From assembly GCF_009914755.1 (NCBI RefSeq), contig NC_060928.1: 64,000 nt of DNA. One strand, 5' to 3'. The DNA is from the human T2T-CHM13v2.0 reference genome, Homo sapiens. Shown in pieces: positions 36,900 to 52,040 of the stretch (the first letter of the stretch is position 1; each line of letters begins with the position of its first letter). Under the pieces are notes generated by a model. That model was not told the origin of the DNA. It was given only the letters and a program-made list of their open reading frames with translations, and ran no database searches. Both the position numbers and the translations under genes were made by a program.

Positions 36900-38560
36900 T
36901 GATAATAGTTATTAAGCTGTATACTAACAAGTACCTCTGAGATTGAGCTCTGTGAAAAAAAAAAATCCATCTCAGGACAACAAGTTCAAGACCAAGTACT
37001 TTAGCACATAAAATTCCAAATTTCTGGGGAAAGGGATCCAGTTAGCACAGTTTGAGTCATGCACTCACTCATGGTCTACCCCTCTGTGGGCAGGAAATGA
37101 GAAACACACCACAGAGACATGGCTGCCAGAAGTCCTCCCAGGGTGAGGCAGGCGATTCTTGGAGTAACAGACAGACATCTCAGTGGGACCTCCCTACCAC
37201 TCAGAGAGCATTCTTCTTAAGTCTGAGGGAAGAGTAAATAACTGTGGGTACTTTTGGTTTCAGAAGGATTTTTTTCAGGGGTAAAGGGGGAGTGATAAAA
37301 ATAACCTGAAAACCTTTAAATTACAAGTCACCTAAAACACTGACTATGGAAACAATTCTTTTAAATGAATAGCTTAGCTCTCTAGAAAGTAGTAAAAACC
37401 CCCAGGACCTCAAAAAAGAGCAATCAGAAAATAGGACAAGAAATTTCATAGGTTAGTGCCATGGATTGTGCAGAGTAAGGCTTGAAGATGGTTGCTCCAT
37501 CAGTAACCTAGATGTTGACATTTTTATCTCACGTTAGAACAGAAGACATGGCTGTGGATCCTTGTAAGACAGAGAGTTGTAACAAAGGTCCTTGTATAAA
37601 ATCAGAACCCTCAATAGAAATAAATCTACTAAAAACACTGATTTACAATAAGGAGGCATGTTTGTCTTAACATGAACAACAGGTTGAAGAAAAAACAATT
37701 TCTTGAGAAATTATTTGGGATTCTGTTATAACACCTGTTTGGGCTTGGAACCCCTTGGTACCATAGAAGGAGGCCCAGATCAATACCTGGCAGAAATGAA
37801 ACTAAAACTGCGCTAATCAGATATATCTTCAATAGGCACCACACAGAAGTCTGAAAGATAAAGCCACACTGAAGATGGGTTAATAGTCCAAATTCATAAA
37901 ACTCTGGAGAAACCATCCACCCTAAACAGGAGTTAAAACTTGGAATGAACAGCACTCCTAAATTGAAAGCGTTAAAATCAACAAAGAAGACCATTATAAA
38001 CATGTTTCAAATCATTAGACATCAAAGAAGGACTTGAAATATAAGAATAAAATAAGATACTAGGAAGTTAAACAGATTTGGAAGGCGGATGGGGAAAATC
38101 TAAAACAGATAATAGAAAAAAAAAAGAATAGCAAATTTGAAAAAAAAAGGCGCTTCTAGAAATAGAAACACAACGATACAATGTGAAATTTCATAGGGTG
38201 GCTTAAGCAGTATATTTGACTCATCTAAAGACAAAATTATTTTGGAAGATCTGAGGAAATTACTATGCAGCAGAGATAAAAATATAGAATATATTATACA
38301 ATAGGAGGTTAAGAAGCTTTAAAAATAGTATGAGAATATCTAACTTATTTCTGAAAGAAATTCTAGACCACAGGGAGAGGGAGAATAGGTAAAAAGTAAT
38401 ATTTGAAAGGATAATGATTGAGAATTTTGTAGGATAGATGAAACCCCCATGTTCAAGAAGCCAAATACATTTTAAGCAGAACAGAAAAATAAAACATTCA
38501 GCTGCAATGTACTGAAAGTACAAGATCCAAAAGATAAAGACCTGATAATGAATAATCATG
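36900..38560 (+). mobile_element. Ancient L1M 5'/ORF1-region remnant
   Basis: A-rich, with ORF1-like motifs (aatatttgaaaggataatgattgagaatttt); highly degenerate. Confidence 0.5.
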
Positions 38561-40229
38561 TTCTAGAAGGACAATTAAAGAAAAGATCAAACCAGAGCCA
38601 AGTCTCTGGAAATAATGTATTTTCTCTAAAATGGAACTGCTTTGGTTGAATTAGTTTTAAAACAATATTAAATTGCTGTGGTTTTTTAATGCAACTCTGT
38701 AATGAAGAATCAAGGACACTAAGTTTGGCTTATGTTAGTTATGATTAAATGTCATATGGTTTCTAAGAGATGCAGTGAACTACTAATAAAAACATCAGGA
38801 TTAATGATGTATTTATTGATCAACTAATTTTCATAGTAATTTTTTGCTTCCATATGTTTGTGGTTCAAATCCTATATACCCAATGATTCATACATTTTAC
38901 ATATTTTCTATGATTTTTTTTCTTCAGGTTCAAAGTTTTTTTCAAAAAGTAAGCTGCTGGACACATTGAGAAAAGTGGATCATTTGTATTGCTCTCCACC
39001 CATCCATCTTAATGTGATAATGTGGAGAAGTGCTAAAAATTAAAAGTTAAAACAGGGTTTGGGGCAGACAGACCCTAGATCTAGCATTTACAAGTTATGT
39101 GTTTTCAGGCAAATAACATTTCTGAATCTGTTTTCTCCTATAAAATGTTAACATTAATGTCTACTTTATTTGAAGTTTGTTGAGAATATTAAAAAAGCAA
39201 ATGCCTTCTACTGATTTATGCCCTACAAGTCATAGCAAATTACTTACAGTGTTTCTGAAAATACTGTTCAACTTCTTGGCTTAAAGTTTTTGTTCATACA
39301 GTTCCCTCTGTACAGATCAATTCCCTTTGCTCTGCCTCCTTACCCTTCACCTGACCTAACATTTAAAGGATCTGAGGTCTGAAGAATGACTTTAGTTTGT
39401 GTGTCATCAACTCCAGCTTCCCACACCCCTTAAGTGCGGGTTATCTGTTCCTCTTCATCTACATAAGCTGCCAAAATTTCAGTTGTTTCACATTTAACTT
39501 CATTTCATGGAGGAAGCTTTTGAATCAAATCAAATGTAAATGACTTTCCAAAGATTATAAAACTAGTTAGTGACAGAGCCAAGGCATGAAGCCAGGAATC
39601 CTCATTTTTATCTTAAATTACCTCTGCTGCTTATACTTCAGTTAGCAGGGCTAGCCCCACCCTGGTTACGCCCAAGCTCTGTGGGGTGCTGAAACATAAA
39701 ATCTTCAGAAGGATACCCTCTGTGTATTTCTGCGTGAGGTGCATTTCTTCCCCATGACACAGTGATTAATTCATCAGGCCTTCTAAGACATCCTGACTGC
39801 TGCTCCTTGCCAGCTCTGCTATCCTTTCACTGGATTATCAGGTGCTATCATCTTGATCTGGACCAATGCGTCTTCTGAATTTTCTTTTTAGTGCCAACAG
39901 AGATATGGTTTTTTTAAATATAGCTAAATCTCCTTCTAGAACTCATCATTTTCAATGGAAATTTTTCTCCTTTCTTGAGCCTCATTTATTGTCTGTCACT
40001 GCTGAAAAGAATTGTCCTCCCACCTCTAACCATGACCACCACTACCACCATCACCAATCCCCACTGAAACACACATTTCCTTACAACTATGCCCAACTCT
40101 GTGGGCCACGGAGTCCAAGGAAGAAAAGGTGACAAAGTAAGAAAGACTATTAGTCAGATCCTTTTTGTCATGTATTTGTAAGAAACAGTTATACTTCAAG
40201 AAAATAAGCATTTTCTGCTTAAGAGATTG

Positions 40230-42230
40230 CAAATATTCGTTGTGTTCTTTCCACTTGTATTTTTATTTCATTTCAATTTTCCTCTAAAAATATTATTAGT
40301 GTAATTAATTTATTAATTTTTTTCTTTATGGCATCTGGAGTTTGCGTTTTGCTTTCATAGCACTTCTCCCTTTCAAAACTCATTTCTTTTTCTTTTCAAA
40401 TTTAGATATTTGATCCATCTGGAATTTATTTTGGTATAAGGAGAGATATAAGATTTAGCTTGCATCTATCCTCAGATGGTTAACCATATGTTTCAACTTC
40501 ATTTATTTGCTCATCCCTTTCCCCCAGTGATTTTAAATACCTCCTCTAGTATGTGTTTAATGTCATGTGAATTTGATTCCGAACTCTCTATTCTATTCTA
40601 CTAGTATCTCTGTTTCTTTGTCAGCCACCATCAGAATTTAAAGATTACTAGGCCCTTAAGAATGATACAACGGATTCTAGGGACTCAGGGGAAAAGGGTG
40701 GGAGGGGGATAACATAAAAGAATACACACTGGGTACAGGGCACACTGCTTAGGTGATGGATGCACCAAAATCTCAGAAATCATCACTAAAGAAATTTATC
40801 CGTATAACCAAACACCACCTGTTCCCCCAAATCCTACTGAAATAGAAAAATAATAATAATAAAAATTAAAGAATTACTGTGCCTTTATGTGCATTAGTAT
40901 CTGTGTTGCTAATCCTTCTCTTGTAGCTCTTCAATTTCAAAGATTTTACGGCTCTTCCCAGATGTTTGTTTTGTCATGTAAACCTTAGAATCAACTTGCC
41001 TAATTCCAAAGAAAATGAACCTATTGGTATTTCATTGGAATTCTCTATTTGTGGATTAATTTAGAAAAAAATGATATCTTTATAAATATTGTCTACTTAA
41101 GAATCAAATACATCTTTTGCTTAATTCAAGGATGTGTATGTGTACCTGTGTGTGGACACATATGTACCTTAAAGGCATTTTAAACTTTTCCTCATTAAAT
41201 CTTGTTCATTTCCTGTTTAGTTTATTCCTAGACAATTTTTGTTGCAGCTGTGTTTGCTATGATTAAAAATGAGACTTTTTATTCCATTACATTTTAAACA
41301 TGCTGTTCCTTTTTTATGGGAAAGCTCTTGATGTCTGCATATTAACTCCATAACAATCAAGAGGCTGAACTTTTCAATTGCGTCAAATTAAGTTTAACTT
41401 GATTAATTGAGCTTCTGTTTGTGTAATCATGGCATCTGCAACTCATAACAATTTTTTTGCTCTTTTGTTTTTATATCTTTTTTGTTTCCTTCTTTCTCTG
41501 ATTAAATTGGTAGTATTTAGGACAAGGTCATGATATAAATGGCTGTTAAGCATTCTTAAACTTATCCATCCCTTTAATGGGACTAAATGTTTTGCTATTA
41601 GGCATGATGCTGGCTTGGGCTGAAGGTAATATTTTCAAAATAAGATTACAACTCATGTGAAAGGAAAAATACTTCTCTACCTCTAAGTAGGGTGCACCTT
41701 TGCCTCTACTCTACTCAGGGGACTTACTTTGTTTGTAAGAATAAATCAGGCATGTTCGACACAACTCTTTTTTCCTCCCTTTTAGGATCAAGATACTGGG
41801 AGAATGAAGTCTTCTCTTTGCCAAAACTCTGACCTGGGCATCTCTTCCAACTTTCCTACTCGATGTGGACCAGAACATTCTTGTCCAGCATTACTAAACC
41901 CTTGCTGGATATGATTGTCTAGTCTGATGTTAAATTCACAAGTCTATTTGGCTTTCTCACCAAGCCATATCTTCTGTGGTGTTCCTTAAAAGCAATAAAC
42001 ATACATTGGTGTAGATATGCTCTTCCTTTGCTTTTTTCTTAATTTTTCAGGATAATAGAGTAGGTGTCCATTCATACTTTTAGCAGGAATTGTGAAATTT
42101 TTAATGAAAGTTGGACCTTATCAAATACTTTTGCAACATCGACTAGAGATAATTTAATTATCTCTCTTTTTTTGTTTTGTTACTCTTTTCACAAATAGAC
42201 ACCAATGTGGGGCTTAATAAATCATTTTTG
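40230..42230 (-). mobile_element. Ancient L1M ORF2-region remnant interrupted by an L1PB 3' end
   Basis: tttgatccatctggaatttattttggtata and tagaatcaacttgcctaattcc motifs. Confidence 0.55.
40659..40866 (+). mobile_element. L1PB-like 3' end fragment
   Basis: gggtacagggcacactgcttaggtgatggatgcaccaaaatctcagaaatcatcactaaagaa with an A-rich tail; degenerate TSD aag(a)attact-g-cc-tta. Confidence 0.75.
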
Positions 42231-43654
42231 CATTAAATTATAATTAAATGTTTAAATGTTTATGAGTAAATGGAGTTATCATAAAAAGTAATAGTAGTGT
42301 TTACTCTTCTTACTATATATTTTCAGATACGATTGTTAAAAGTAAGTCCTTTTTAAATCATATTAATTAAAGCTACCAGTGAGGAACATCAGTGGGGGTG
42401 TGGCTCCTATTCAGGTTTTAGCTGTTAAAAATATTTTCCATTACCACCAAATATAGAATCAGAAAATGTCTTGAGAAAGCAATCAACATATCGTAGATCA
42501 CTGTATAGAAAACATAAGTTATAGTTTCCAGGGTGTATAAGAACATCATGGAGCATGAAGATGTTACCAACTAAATGTATATGAATATACAATTTTAAAT
42601 ATTTATATTTGATGAAAGAGTAGATTCAGATTAATGCCCTAATGTTTTTATGTACTAAACATAACCTTACGGATTTATTTTCCAAAGACTAACATAAAAA
42701 TTAAATATGCATTTAAAATGATTTTTAATGCAGCATCATAAGGCAATGACCTGAAAGTGGGAGCAAGAAGACATAGCTTTGAAGAGTTATACAAATGTGA
42801 CAATTCTGAAAATAAGTTGAGGTGTTTAAAAGTATAGATGCTAGAGATGGATAAATCTATATATGAATGTCAGCTTTAGAACATATTAGCTGTGTGACTT
42901 TGGAAATATTACTTAACCTCTGTGAGCCTCAGTTTCCTTGTCTGCAAAAGGAAAAGAAAAATAGAAAGCACCATACCACCATCAAGTTTGCTGTAAGAGA
43001 TACATGTAAAGTGTTAACATAGATACCTGGAATATAACAAATTTTCAGTAAATGACAATAATTATTTTTTCAATAAATGATAGTAATTAATGTAATTATT
43101 GTTTACAAGGTTATATTATTGTTAATTATCATTATTTTACTCCTTTCAGTTAAGATCAACATATCACTTATTTTTTCTATACATCTAAGGTACAAGGCTT
43201 CCTAAACAAGTTTCAAAACTGTATTTTCTATAATAATTATTGCCCTTACCACCTAAATATTAACACCTTATAGTTGTTTGGAAAGTTTGTGCTGGAAAGT
43301 AGAGTTTTCCTTTCCCAGGAGATCCACATTAAACCTGATAACTCAATTGCAACTCAGTTTTTTGAAAGATTTTCTCATAGTAATCTTTTTAGCATTTTAA
43401 AATTTCTCTGCGATTCTCTTTCCTTAAAATTTTTCTCAGTAGAAATTTATTGAAATAAAACAAAAGGATGCTGACTCTCACCATTCATCCTTCTCCAAAA
43501 TATATACTCTAAATTAGGACTGCTAGAAAACAGGCTTCTTAATATATAATCTATATATGAGTGGATCATATGTGTCATATCTAAGAGTAATGAACCTGTA
43601 TTTAAAATACTTTTTCAATGTGGAAATGCTTTAAAGTAGTTCACTTGCCCTCCC

Positions 43655-44470
43655 AGCTTTATTGCAAAATAATTACCAAAATTTGTATATATTTGAGGTG
43701 TAAAACATGATGATTTTATATACATTACCACAATTAAGTTAATCAACACATTCATTGCCACCCAGTTACCTTTTGTGTGTGTGTTTGCGTGTGTGATTTC
43801 AAGTAAGCAATACAGTACTATTAACTATAGTCACTGTTCCATACATTTTATTCCCAGAACCTATTCATCTTATTACTCAAATTTTGCATCCTTTGACCAA
43901 CATCTCCCCATTCCCCACCCTTCACCCCTTTCTCCTGGCAGCCATTAATCCACTCTTTCCTTCCATAAGTTTGACTTTTAGATTCCACATAAAAGAGAGA
44001 TTACACCGTATTTGTCTTTCTATGTCTGACATTTCACTCAGCATAATGTCCTCCAGGTTCATTTATGCTGTTGCAAGTGGCAGGATTTCCTTTTTATATG
44101 GCTGAATAAAATACTAGTTTGTGTGTGTGTGTGTGTGTGTGTGCGGGCATGTGCATTTATGAGATCTACATATGTTATATATAAAATATTTTTAGAATTA
44201 TTCGTCTGTCAAAAGACATTTAAGTTGTTTCTACATTTTGGCTATTGTGACTAATGCTACAATAAACATGGGAGTGCAGATATCTCTTCAAGATACTGAT
44301 TTCATTTCCTTTGGATATGTGTCCTGAGGTAGAATTGTTAGATCATATGGCAGCTCTATTTTTATTTTTTTATAAACCTCTATGCTGATTTTCATAATAG
44401 CTATACCAATTTACATTCCCACTAACAGTGTACAAGGTTTCTTTTTGTTTCACATCCTCAACACTTGTTA
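43655..44470 (-). mobile_element. L1MA-type 3' fragment with (TG)n
   Basis: tttagattccacataaaagaga...gcataatgtcctccaggttcat...ggctattgtgactaatgctacaataaacatgggagtgcagatatctcttc. Confidence 0.8.
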
Positions 44471-44844
44471 CCTACACTATATGCAAAGACCTGAGATGTT
44501 TCTTATGCACAGTAAAGTTTGAGAATTTCCATACTTCATTTATTTATCTAAGTTCCTGATATTCTTCAAATCTTGATATAATAATTTTTTACTTGTTCAG
44601 CTCTTTGACTTTTAAAATATTTCCAGAAAATATTTTATCTACCATTTTTAGTTGTATTCTATGGGAGTGTGACTCCAAATAACCTAGTTTGCTATTATTG
44701 GAAACCAGAAGTCTCAATCCCATCTCCACTTGAGAAAATTATACTCAAGCTTTCAAAGCTCTGCCATGATTCTGCTCTTGATTGCTTTACACATATGTGA
44801 TTTCTTCTTTGTTCAAGACATCGTATAACCTCTCTTTCTCTTAT

Positions 44845-45209
44845 TGTCTTAGTCTGTTATAATAAAGACACTGCTAATAAAGACATACTCAAGACTAGAT
44901 AATTTATAAAGGAAAGAAGTTTAGTTGACTAACAGTTCCACATGGCTGGAAAGGCCTCACAAACATGGCAGAAGGTAAATGAGGAGCAAAGTTATGTCTT
45001 CATGGTGGCAGGCAAGAGAGGGTGTGCAGGGGAACTTCTCTTTATAAAACCATCAGATCCTTTGAGACTTACTATCACAGCAACAGCACAGAAAAGACCT
45101 GCCCCTTTGATTCAATTATCTACCACCAGGTCTCTCCCATAACACGTGGGAATTACGGGAGCTACAATTCAAGATAAGATTTGGGTAGGAACACAGCCAA
45201 ACCATATCA
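44845..45209 (-). mobile_element. THE1 solo LTR
   Basis: tgtcttagtc...acacagccaaaccatatca, with 5-bp TSD cttat on both sides. Confidence 0.9.
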
Positions 45210-45231
45210 CTTATTTTTCAGTCATGAGTAA

Positions 45232-45576
<345 letters not shown>

Positions 45577-48550
45577 TAGACACTTAATGCCAGGCAGTAT
45601 ATTTTGTTCCCTGAAGCAACTAGTTTGTGCTTTGCACAAAACAGTCACTCAAGATTTATTGCATTAAAAAAAATTTCAAAAAGTATTGGTTGAGAAATTA
45701 TTAACCAAAATATCACTTCAGCTATTTCCCACATTTCTCAATTGCAACAAGCAATAGTCTTGAGCAATAAAAAACTTCCCAGGACTCTTCCTCTCACATT
45801 CCACTTGAGTTTACATAAAATAATGTGAATAGGCCCAGTTTGTTTTTCTTCTAAAATGGTGCAGCTGCTGAAACATTCAACTGACACTTGTTTGAATTGT
45901 GATAATAAATGTGTTTCATCAGTCCAATTCACAGAACTCCCTAAGTGGCCTCAGTTCACAGGCAAAGAAGGAATGTGACTCCCAAGGAGCATAATTCTAT
46001 ACAGATGTGGTCAAGTGAGACACAAAATCCCAAACTGCAGGCAAATACATGAAAAGATGTGAGGAAGGAAATCATTTGCATAGAACATAAGGTATGTGTT
46101 GCCTTAATTGCTTGTATAGTTGAGGTAAAAATTGTTGGCCAGAAAATAGTCTGGAATCATTTTAGAAGTTGTCATAACCCAGGTAACAAACGCTAATTTC
46201 ATCATTTGCTACTTATCTAGCCTAAGATACTATGGATCATAATACAAATCATTACCTTACATACCATTCAGAAAGGGAAAAATCAGCCCAAGTAATCTGT
46301 GTTCTCCATCAGTGATAAGCCATGCCACAATTATAGAGATTTTAAAATGTGATAAAATGTGCCTTTTAGACTCACTGAAATACAGCATGTGTCTTATCAT
46401 CTTCAACACTCTATTTTCAGGCAGTTGTGCATTGAGTTGTAGATTGTACTGCTGAGGAAAAGCAAGTCTTTTACCTGTAATCTTGCATCTATCACCCATG
46501 ATATATCTACCTACAGAGAAAAAGAGGTGTATTGTAAAGTTGACTCATCTAGTCTCTCTGCTTCTGAGGGAAACATTGACTTATTTAGATGGGTGAGTTT
46601 GAAACAATCAACTTTGCATAACATCTCCTGCTTACCTTTTTCACAGAACCACTCACCCTCCTGTAAAGTAAATGATCTGTTCTGCTCTCTGCCAAGAATA
46701 AAAGTAGCTTATCGCATAGGGCATACCTAAGATTTTCCAACCCAGCTTGTGACTACATAGATAGGTCTGCCTAATTCTGGGGGTCAGTGTTAGGAAGTAC
46801 ACCTGTCCACAGAAACAAACCACTGGCTCTAGTACCAGCTTCATTATTAGTAAGCAGGATATTTTTATATCTTATCTAAGTTACTTTCTTTTTCATCTCA
46901 ATTGAATCAAAAGTCATAACTCAAGAAGGGATAAACGATGCTACCTGTAGGCTTCCTAGAAAAACAACTAGCATACATGCACGCCCTTGGCTCTGATGAG
47001 CAGGAAGCCCTCTATACTAGAACGGAAAAACTACAATAAGATGGTCCATTAAAGGTGGCATTGTGAAGTTCAATCCATCATGTAATCATCCCTTTCTCAT
47101 CCTGCCTGACACAGTCATAATCACAACCCCAGTCTGCTTCTGAGTGTGTTGAGTGTGTTATTTCTTATCTGCCCAGGGGGACCTATTCTTTCTTCTCATT
47201 CTCCTTTGGCTTCTCTTAGCCTCCTCCCAACAAAAATGCAGTGCAAAGCTTTATTTATAACCTGTGATAGGTTTGGCTGCCTTTGTTCTGCCATCAACCG
47301 TCAGAGAAGCAACCCAGGCACTAATTCAAACCAAAGAGCAGGCAGCCATATTCTATTGGAGCGGATGTGGCATGGTGTAAAGATCTCATAAGGACCATGT
47401 GTTGACTCCCTGAAAGCCATCACATTAGAATAAATAATTATACCAATGCAACCACAATCTACTTTGCTTGTCCACATTCTCAAAGACCAACAAACTGAGA
47501 CCAAAAGCAGCTATGACTTCCAGAAGTGAAGTTTGAAGATAGAACGACTTCGGCCCAGCTCCACGTTTATCCTATTTCTTTGTATGCATTTTATATTGAA
47601 AAAAATACGGTACATTTTCTTCATAAAAATTCTGCTGGGATGCTTATTTTTATTTTCTTCACCTAGGAAAATCATTCCCATACACTGCACTGACTTTTAG
47701 ATTATGTAATATAACTTGTAATTATTTTATTTTATTTTTTTTTTGCAGCTTGCCTCACATCCTCTCAGTCCTCCTGCTACTCAGCAATTCCTGCAGCAAA
47801 CAAACTGCTCTGTGTGAGTTTAACCAAACAGCATGTGGTGTTAGCTACATTCCATGCCCTCGTTTCATGTCCTGGAGCTTTTCTAACATGGGAGCACCCA
47901 GGAGTGACAGGCAGTTGACCTCCTTTGTGCCACTGATGGATATTATGGGATGGGAGCTGTCAGTTAAATTCTCCCCACTTCTACCCCTAGGACACATTAT
48001 TCTGAGGCACAACTACGATAAGCATTATCATTCTCTTCACCTGGAAGAAGTTGTAGAGGTTCCATCTCAGAAGACCAGAAACAGCATGATAAAGCATGGA
48101 CTTCCTCAAGAAGAAGAAATCACATTTAGAGCTGTTGAATTTAGAACAAGGCAGAAGGAGATGGTCAAACTAGTTTGTTCTACACCTTGTTCCAACATCT
48201 TTTCAAGAGAAAAATCACTGGCCCTAATGGAAGGATGTTTATGTAACTAACATAAAGAGATGTCATAATCACCAATTAGAAAGAGAGAATGCAGATGAGA
48301 ATCAGAGCAATGCTCAGTGCTCACTGAATCTATATTATAGCAGGCTAATGTTAGTCTAAGGCTGACTCTATGTGCAATGACTTAAAAAATATTATTTTAG
48401 AGTTCTTCAGAAGACTTAACAGTGCTTTTGGCATTTATTCCATTACAATGTGCTAGACAGACATGATAATTTGTAGTGATACAATTGTTCAATACAGGTA
48501 ACTTATTTTACCAAGCTTTTCTTCTTTTTTTCAAATCAAGATGGTTAAAC

Positions 48551-49260
48551 TGTTATAGTAGGTAGCTAGTCAGACATGAACAGGGCAAGAGAAGGCTCCC
48601 CTCACACATACACAGCGGGAACACCAGGCGACCAGCAGATGATGGTCAGGCAGTTGTTAACTGAGTCTCTAAAACAATAATTGGTCACAGCCAGTACCAG
48701 GGGAGGGCAGTCTCCCCATAGATAGAAAACACCTGAAACTAGTGATCAGCAGCTTCCCAATAAGATCTCAGAAGTTGGGTGAGCGGGCTCAAGCATGCAC
48801 ATTAAAATGGCAGAATTTAATCAGCAAATGACCTTCCAGGAACATTTGACTGGTAAAAGAAGAACGCCTCAAGTGAGCATGTGTGCAACTCCAGTAAACA
48901 CACTGTACATGCTCAACTCCCAAGTGCTAGCAGGCCACTGTGCATGCAGACAGCCCATCCCAAGGGAAGAATCGGGAGAAGTAAGGCAAGACCCTGGAAG
49001 TACGCCAATGTATAAAACCGCTAGTCAGAAGGTCAAACCTCACACTGAATCTCTCAAGTCACCCACTTGGCCCTCTTCCAAGTGTACTTTACTTTCTTTC
49101 ACTCTTGTCCTAAAGCTTTCAAATAAGCTTTCACCCCTGCTCAAATACTTGCCTCAGTCTCTCCTTCTGCCTTATGCCCCTCCGTCAAATTATTTCTTCT
49201 GAGGAGGCAAGAATTGAGATGGCTGCAGAATCATACAGGTAAGGATTTGCTGCCGGAGCA
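48551..49260 (+). mobile_element. MER50-like ERV1 solo LTR
   Basis: tgttatagtaggtagctagtcagacatga...gatttgctgccggagca, with 4-bp TSD aaac on both sides. Confidence 0.8.
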
Positions 49261-50432
49261 AAACTACCAGACAATGTCAAGCACAGTGTGTTCCCAGCGC
49301 AATAACAGATTACACATTTATGAGGTTTTATGAGTGACACATTTCCAGAGCAAAGCTGGAGAAGGAACCACATAGATATAGATCAATAATAGAATAATTG
49401 TGACCATTGCTTGTTCTTTCTGAGGCTGGACAATTAAAAAGAAGTCAGGCTGTTATGAACCTCCAGAGGTGACTTATTTCTCCTAAGGTCACAAGTGAGG
49501 AAGACCACTGCCTTAAGTCATTGCCCAGGCTCAAACACTGAGAGGAGATAGAGTTGAAAATGGATCCAGATCAGTCCCCCAACCAGGCAAACAGCCTCAC
49601 TCAGGAAACTTGTTTGGTGGCCTCAAAGGTCACTTTTTTTTCATGATACACCTTGACACACCTAGGAAAAAAATATTTGAAAGGTTTGAAGGGTGAACCG
49701 ATATCATCCAGAAAGAAGAGAAGAAAACAGGGCTTGGTCACATACAATGTGAAGAGATTATTCGAGAGTGACTTCTCTTGCCAATGACTAGCAGAGAAAC
49801 TTCAAAAAAGAGGCAACAACTTCCCTTGGTTATGTGTTTTACCAAATGAGGTCTACCTTTACCACTGCAGCAGAAATGCTGCCTTTCTTAACTCGTTCAC
49901 TTATGTATCTCAAACAGCATGCGCTTACCTAAAAAAGCACTGTAGAAAAAGGTAATACGAATCACGGACATTAATAAAATCTGTGGAATCTTCCTTTAGT
50001 TATCATTAAATTCATCCAAATCCAGATCATTACCATAACGGACATTGTAAAATTCTCAGGAAAAAAAGCCATTTTTACTGAACATATCTTAGCAAAGTCT
50101 ATTACGGTTAAACTATTGTAATGTGCTTTCTCAGTAACTCAATTTTATTTAATTATTGCTATTTTTTAGGAATAGAGCAAAAGTATTTGCTCTGAGCGTC
50201 CTACATGTGGTTTAACATTGTGGAATAGTTCATATTTTCAGAGTGAATTGGAAGAATTTGTTCTACTTAGTCTAAAACCCAACATTCTGAAATAATTTTG
50301 ATTGTGTTTAAGTCAGATCCAGGACTTACCAATATTTTGGAAACTTATTTTTTGTACTGCACAATGACCTTTTAAGAGGTCCTTTGTAATATGCTGACAC
50401 CATGGTGAACACAAAGTTTATAGGAAGAATTC

Positions 50433-50726
50433 TTTATTTTATTTTTTTTCTTTGAGACAGGGTCTGGCTCTGTCACCCTGGCTATAAGTGCAGTGACACA
50501 ATCACAGCTCACTGCAGCCTTGGCCTCAAGTGATTCTCCCACCTCAGCCTCCCTAGTAGCTAGTACTACAGGCCCATGACACTTTGCCCGGCTAATTTTT
50601 GTATTTTTTATAGAGACAGGGTTTAATCATATTGCCCAGGCTGGTCTCGAACTCCTGGGCTCAAGCCTCCTGCCTTGGCCTCCTAAAGTGTTGGGATTAC
50701 AGGTATGGGCCACCACAACTGGCCAG
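50433..50726 (-). mobile_element. AluJ, inserted in a hAT-Charlie-like remnant
   Basis: Antisense Alu with J-type ctcctgggctcaag. Confidence 0.88.
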
Positions 50727-50861
50727 TTTTAATTTCTAATACAGTAAATATCAATGGTTATAATCCATATTTCTAACAAAAAAAAAGCTCTTTTTGGGTC
50801 CTGAATAATTTTTAAGAGTTTCAAATTATCTTGAGACCAAAAAGTTTGAGAATCACTTTCT

Positions 50862-51065
50862 AGAGCAATGCTTTCCAAAAGAATTTATCATAATGTTGAA
50901 AATGCCCTATAAATCTGCACTGTCTGATACAAAAGCCACTAGATACATGTAGCTGTTGAGCAGTGGCTAGTGCGACTAAAGATCTGAGGCTTTTACTTTT
51001 ATTAAATTTAAATTTAAATAGCAACTGTGGGTAGTAGCTAGCATATTGGGCAGTGTGGTCATAGA
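50862..51065. mobile_element. MER3-like hAT MITE
   Basis: atctgcactgtctgatacaaaagccactagatacatgtagctgttgagc...atattgggcagtg. Confidence 0.65.
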
Positions 51066-51839
51066 CCTTCAGTGTGCTGGCTCCTGATATAATATTTTTT
51101 CCAATATTCCACGCAAGTTAATAGTTAGCTCATTTTTTCTTCTGCTAACCATTAAGCTCTTGGCTTGGTTTGTATGGGGTGTAAGGGAGGTGTTTAACCA
51201 CAAAATACGTAATAAGAGAATTATCATGCATAGTTTTGAAATATGAATGAATTCCAGATTAAATCCTTGACTCAAGATGAAAAAAACCATTGTAGTTGCC
51301 CCACTGGGAATTAAACAGAGTTCAAGAGAATGTTTCTTCATGCCTCATCTTGAATTAACTACACAGACTATAGGCAACTGTTTTAAAATTATAAACAATG
51401 TTTTAGGCTTTGTTTCTGTTGTAGACAAAAATGTAATTGTTCCAGTTACAAAAAAAAAAAAAAAAAAAAAAAAACTTGATTGAGTTTCCAAACATGGTAC
51501 GGGCTTGACTTGGTATTAACATCATTCATTAGAATCTGAATCTTAGTTGGAATTCCTGGATTTCATTTTGTGGAACTATCTGGCTATCGTGCAGTTTTTA
51601 CCCTTGCTAACCAAGCACAGAGCACAGAGGAAACTCTCAACTTGAAAATATAAACCTTGAATTGTGTGATCCTGTGTGAGTTACAGAACCTCTCTAAACC
51701 TATTTTTTCTCATAAAATAGGATAATAATATTATTAGGGACTTCTCTACATATTGAGAGGATTAAATGAGATAATGCACATGAAACATTTAGTATAACTC
51801 CTGAAACATTGTATATATTTAGGGGGTGGTGGTTATTAC

Positions 51840-52040
51840 CCTAATAACTGCTATTAATTACATTATTTATAATTAATATAATGTCTACACTACATATACT
51901 ATATTATTTATAATTAATATTATATCAATTATATTTCTAATCAGTAGGCATAATAATATATCAATCATGATTGTTATGATTAATGTAATTAATAATATAA
52001 TAATACAATTTATAATAAATAATTAGTAATATTATTAACT
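51840..52040. repeat. AT-rich low-complexity tract
   Basis: Very high AT content with a repeated attatttataattaatat unit. Confidence 0.8.

Noticed and set aside
42327-42341. 15-nt microexon-like segment tttcag|...|gtaagt downstream of the chemokine pseudogene
   Set aside because: No recognisable similarity to a chemokine C-terminus; such matches arise by chance.
47750-48250. 166-aa ORF after a strong T-tract-CAG acceptor
   Set aside because: Non-ATG start, apparent overlap with degenerate LTR-like sequence, no recognisable homology and no partner exons seen.
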